64,000 nt of DNA from Peptococcaceae bacterium. Its GTDB lineage: Bacteria; Bacillota; Desulfitobacteriia; Desulfitobacteriales; Syntrophobotulaceae. Below, in pieces: positions 63,345 to 64,000 of this stretch (the stretch's first letter is position 1; every line of letters begins with the position of its first letter). The position numbers were made by a program, and so were the translations under genes. The notes below the pieces were generated by a model. The model was not told the origin of the DNA. It worked only from the letters and a program-made list of their open reading frames with translations, and did not search any database. Location of the stretch: positions 697 through 64,696 of the forward strand of contig JAAYSI010000016.1 of the NCBI GenBank assembly GCA_012524045.1, in the 5' to 3' direction.

Positions 63345-64000
63345 CTATTCTGAAAGTAGTCGTTTTTCGCCTTCAATTTGCTGGATAGGTGCAATATTTT
63401 GGGTTATCTCAACAGTGCCAAGGTATTCCCCATTTGTATCGCGAACCGCGAAATAACGGATATAAGCATAAACATCACCTAAGCGTAGCCAAAAATCCTC
63501 AGAGTCTTTCTTTCCGGATTTAAAATCCTCAAGTATTTTTTCGACTACTGTTACACTGCCTGGCGGATGGCAGTTCCTGACATTGCGTCCTATAATTGCT
63601 TTTGTCCGAGCAAATATGCGCTCTTGGCCGCGCGAAAAATATTTTACAATATCATCTTTATCAATGAATGTTATATCCAGCGGCAAAGTATTTAAAATCT
63701 GGCTTATTTCTTTAGGGGACAATACTCCGGTATCAAATTTTACATATCCTTTAGGACTCTCTTCTTCTGTCTTTACTTCCACATTGACTCTGGCAGGTCT
63801 CCATTTTTGCTCTGGCCCTACCAGACAATACCCGATTTCATCGCTGTCTTGCTGAACTTGGTACCACTCATCTTCACTTAAGTGGTCCAGGGCCATCGGG
63901 AACAAAATATTAGTTTCTTTAAATATCATATCTAAAACTCTGTTTATTACTTCCTCTATCTTTTGAACGGTTTGTTGTTGATCCGCATCAGCCACCAACA
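63345..64000 (-). CDS. DUF438/PAS-domain protein (hemerythrin-like family), C-terminal part; the 5' end lies outside the window
   Basis: ..ILNTLPLDITFIDKDDIVKYFS.G.ERIF.RTKAIIGRNV.NCHPP.SV..V.KIL.DFKSG.. is typical of DUF438-PAS proteins. The ORF is open to the window edge. Confidence 0.7.
   Translation of the reverse strand, partial: LVADADQQQTVQKIEEVINRVLDMIFKETNILFPMALDHLSEDEWYQVQQDSDEIGYCLVGPEQKWRPARVNVEVKTEEESPKGYVKFDTGVLSPKEISQILNTLPLDITFIDKDDIVKYFSRGQERIFARTKAIIGRNVRNCHPPGSVTVVEKILEDFKSGKKDSEDFWLRLGDVYAYIRYFAVRDTNGEYLGTVEITQNIAPIQQIEGEKRLLSE

Overview
This 64 kb window looks like core chromosome from a low-GC, anaerobic, probably spore-forming Firmicute. That assignment is an inference from gene content: SLH-domain wall protein, YmaF, YueI, DUF1540, tiny Gly/aromatic peptides, nrdDG, type III glutamine synthetase, CsoR-CopA-CopZ and FeoABC.

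I support about 60 intact protein-coding genes, mostly on the minus strand, and 3 pseudogenes. Four of the coding calls are ORFs under 60 aa that are absent from the supplied track. I also list several intrinsic terminators, a few promoter or operator candidates, and short tandem repeats. I saw no rRNA, tRNA, CRISPR array, transposase, integrase or prophage genes.

Recognisable housekeeping blocks:
- nnr and acpS
- kamA
- glnN (type III glutamine synthetase)
- a cytoplasmic molybdopterin oxidoreductase
- citrate synthase
- hbd and panB
- an enoate-reductase-like flavoprotein
- nrdR-nrdD-nrdG
- metH
- an OmpR/HisKA two-component pair
- htpG
- feoA-feoB-feoC
- murI, speD and typA
- csoR-copA-copZ
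- an Rrf2 regulator with cysK
- larE-like, metA and metY

Most interesting observations:
1. A three-gene module of unknown chemistry: a LigB-like/AMMECR1 fusion, an AmmeMemoRadiSam radical SAM enzyme and a TIGR01212 radical SAM enzyme, with no separate Memo gene.
2. A GntR-TrkA_C regulator whose maximal ORF overlaps that of a LytS-type histidine kinase, with no response regulator nearby.
3. Two loci encoding unannotated tiny Gly/Trp/Phe-rich peptides with strong ribosome-binding sites, each next to another small (56-88 aa) protein gene.
4. A decayed locus at 22.7-23.6 kb holding a frameshifted BsuPI-like fragment and a collapsed remnant of a spore-photoproduct-lyase-like gene.
5. A carboxylesterase gene split by a 1-nt frameshift.
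6. Several intergenic repeats, palindromes and anti-SD structures that the gene list does not explain.

All functional calls come from reading motifs by eye. No database search was run.
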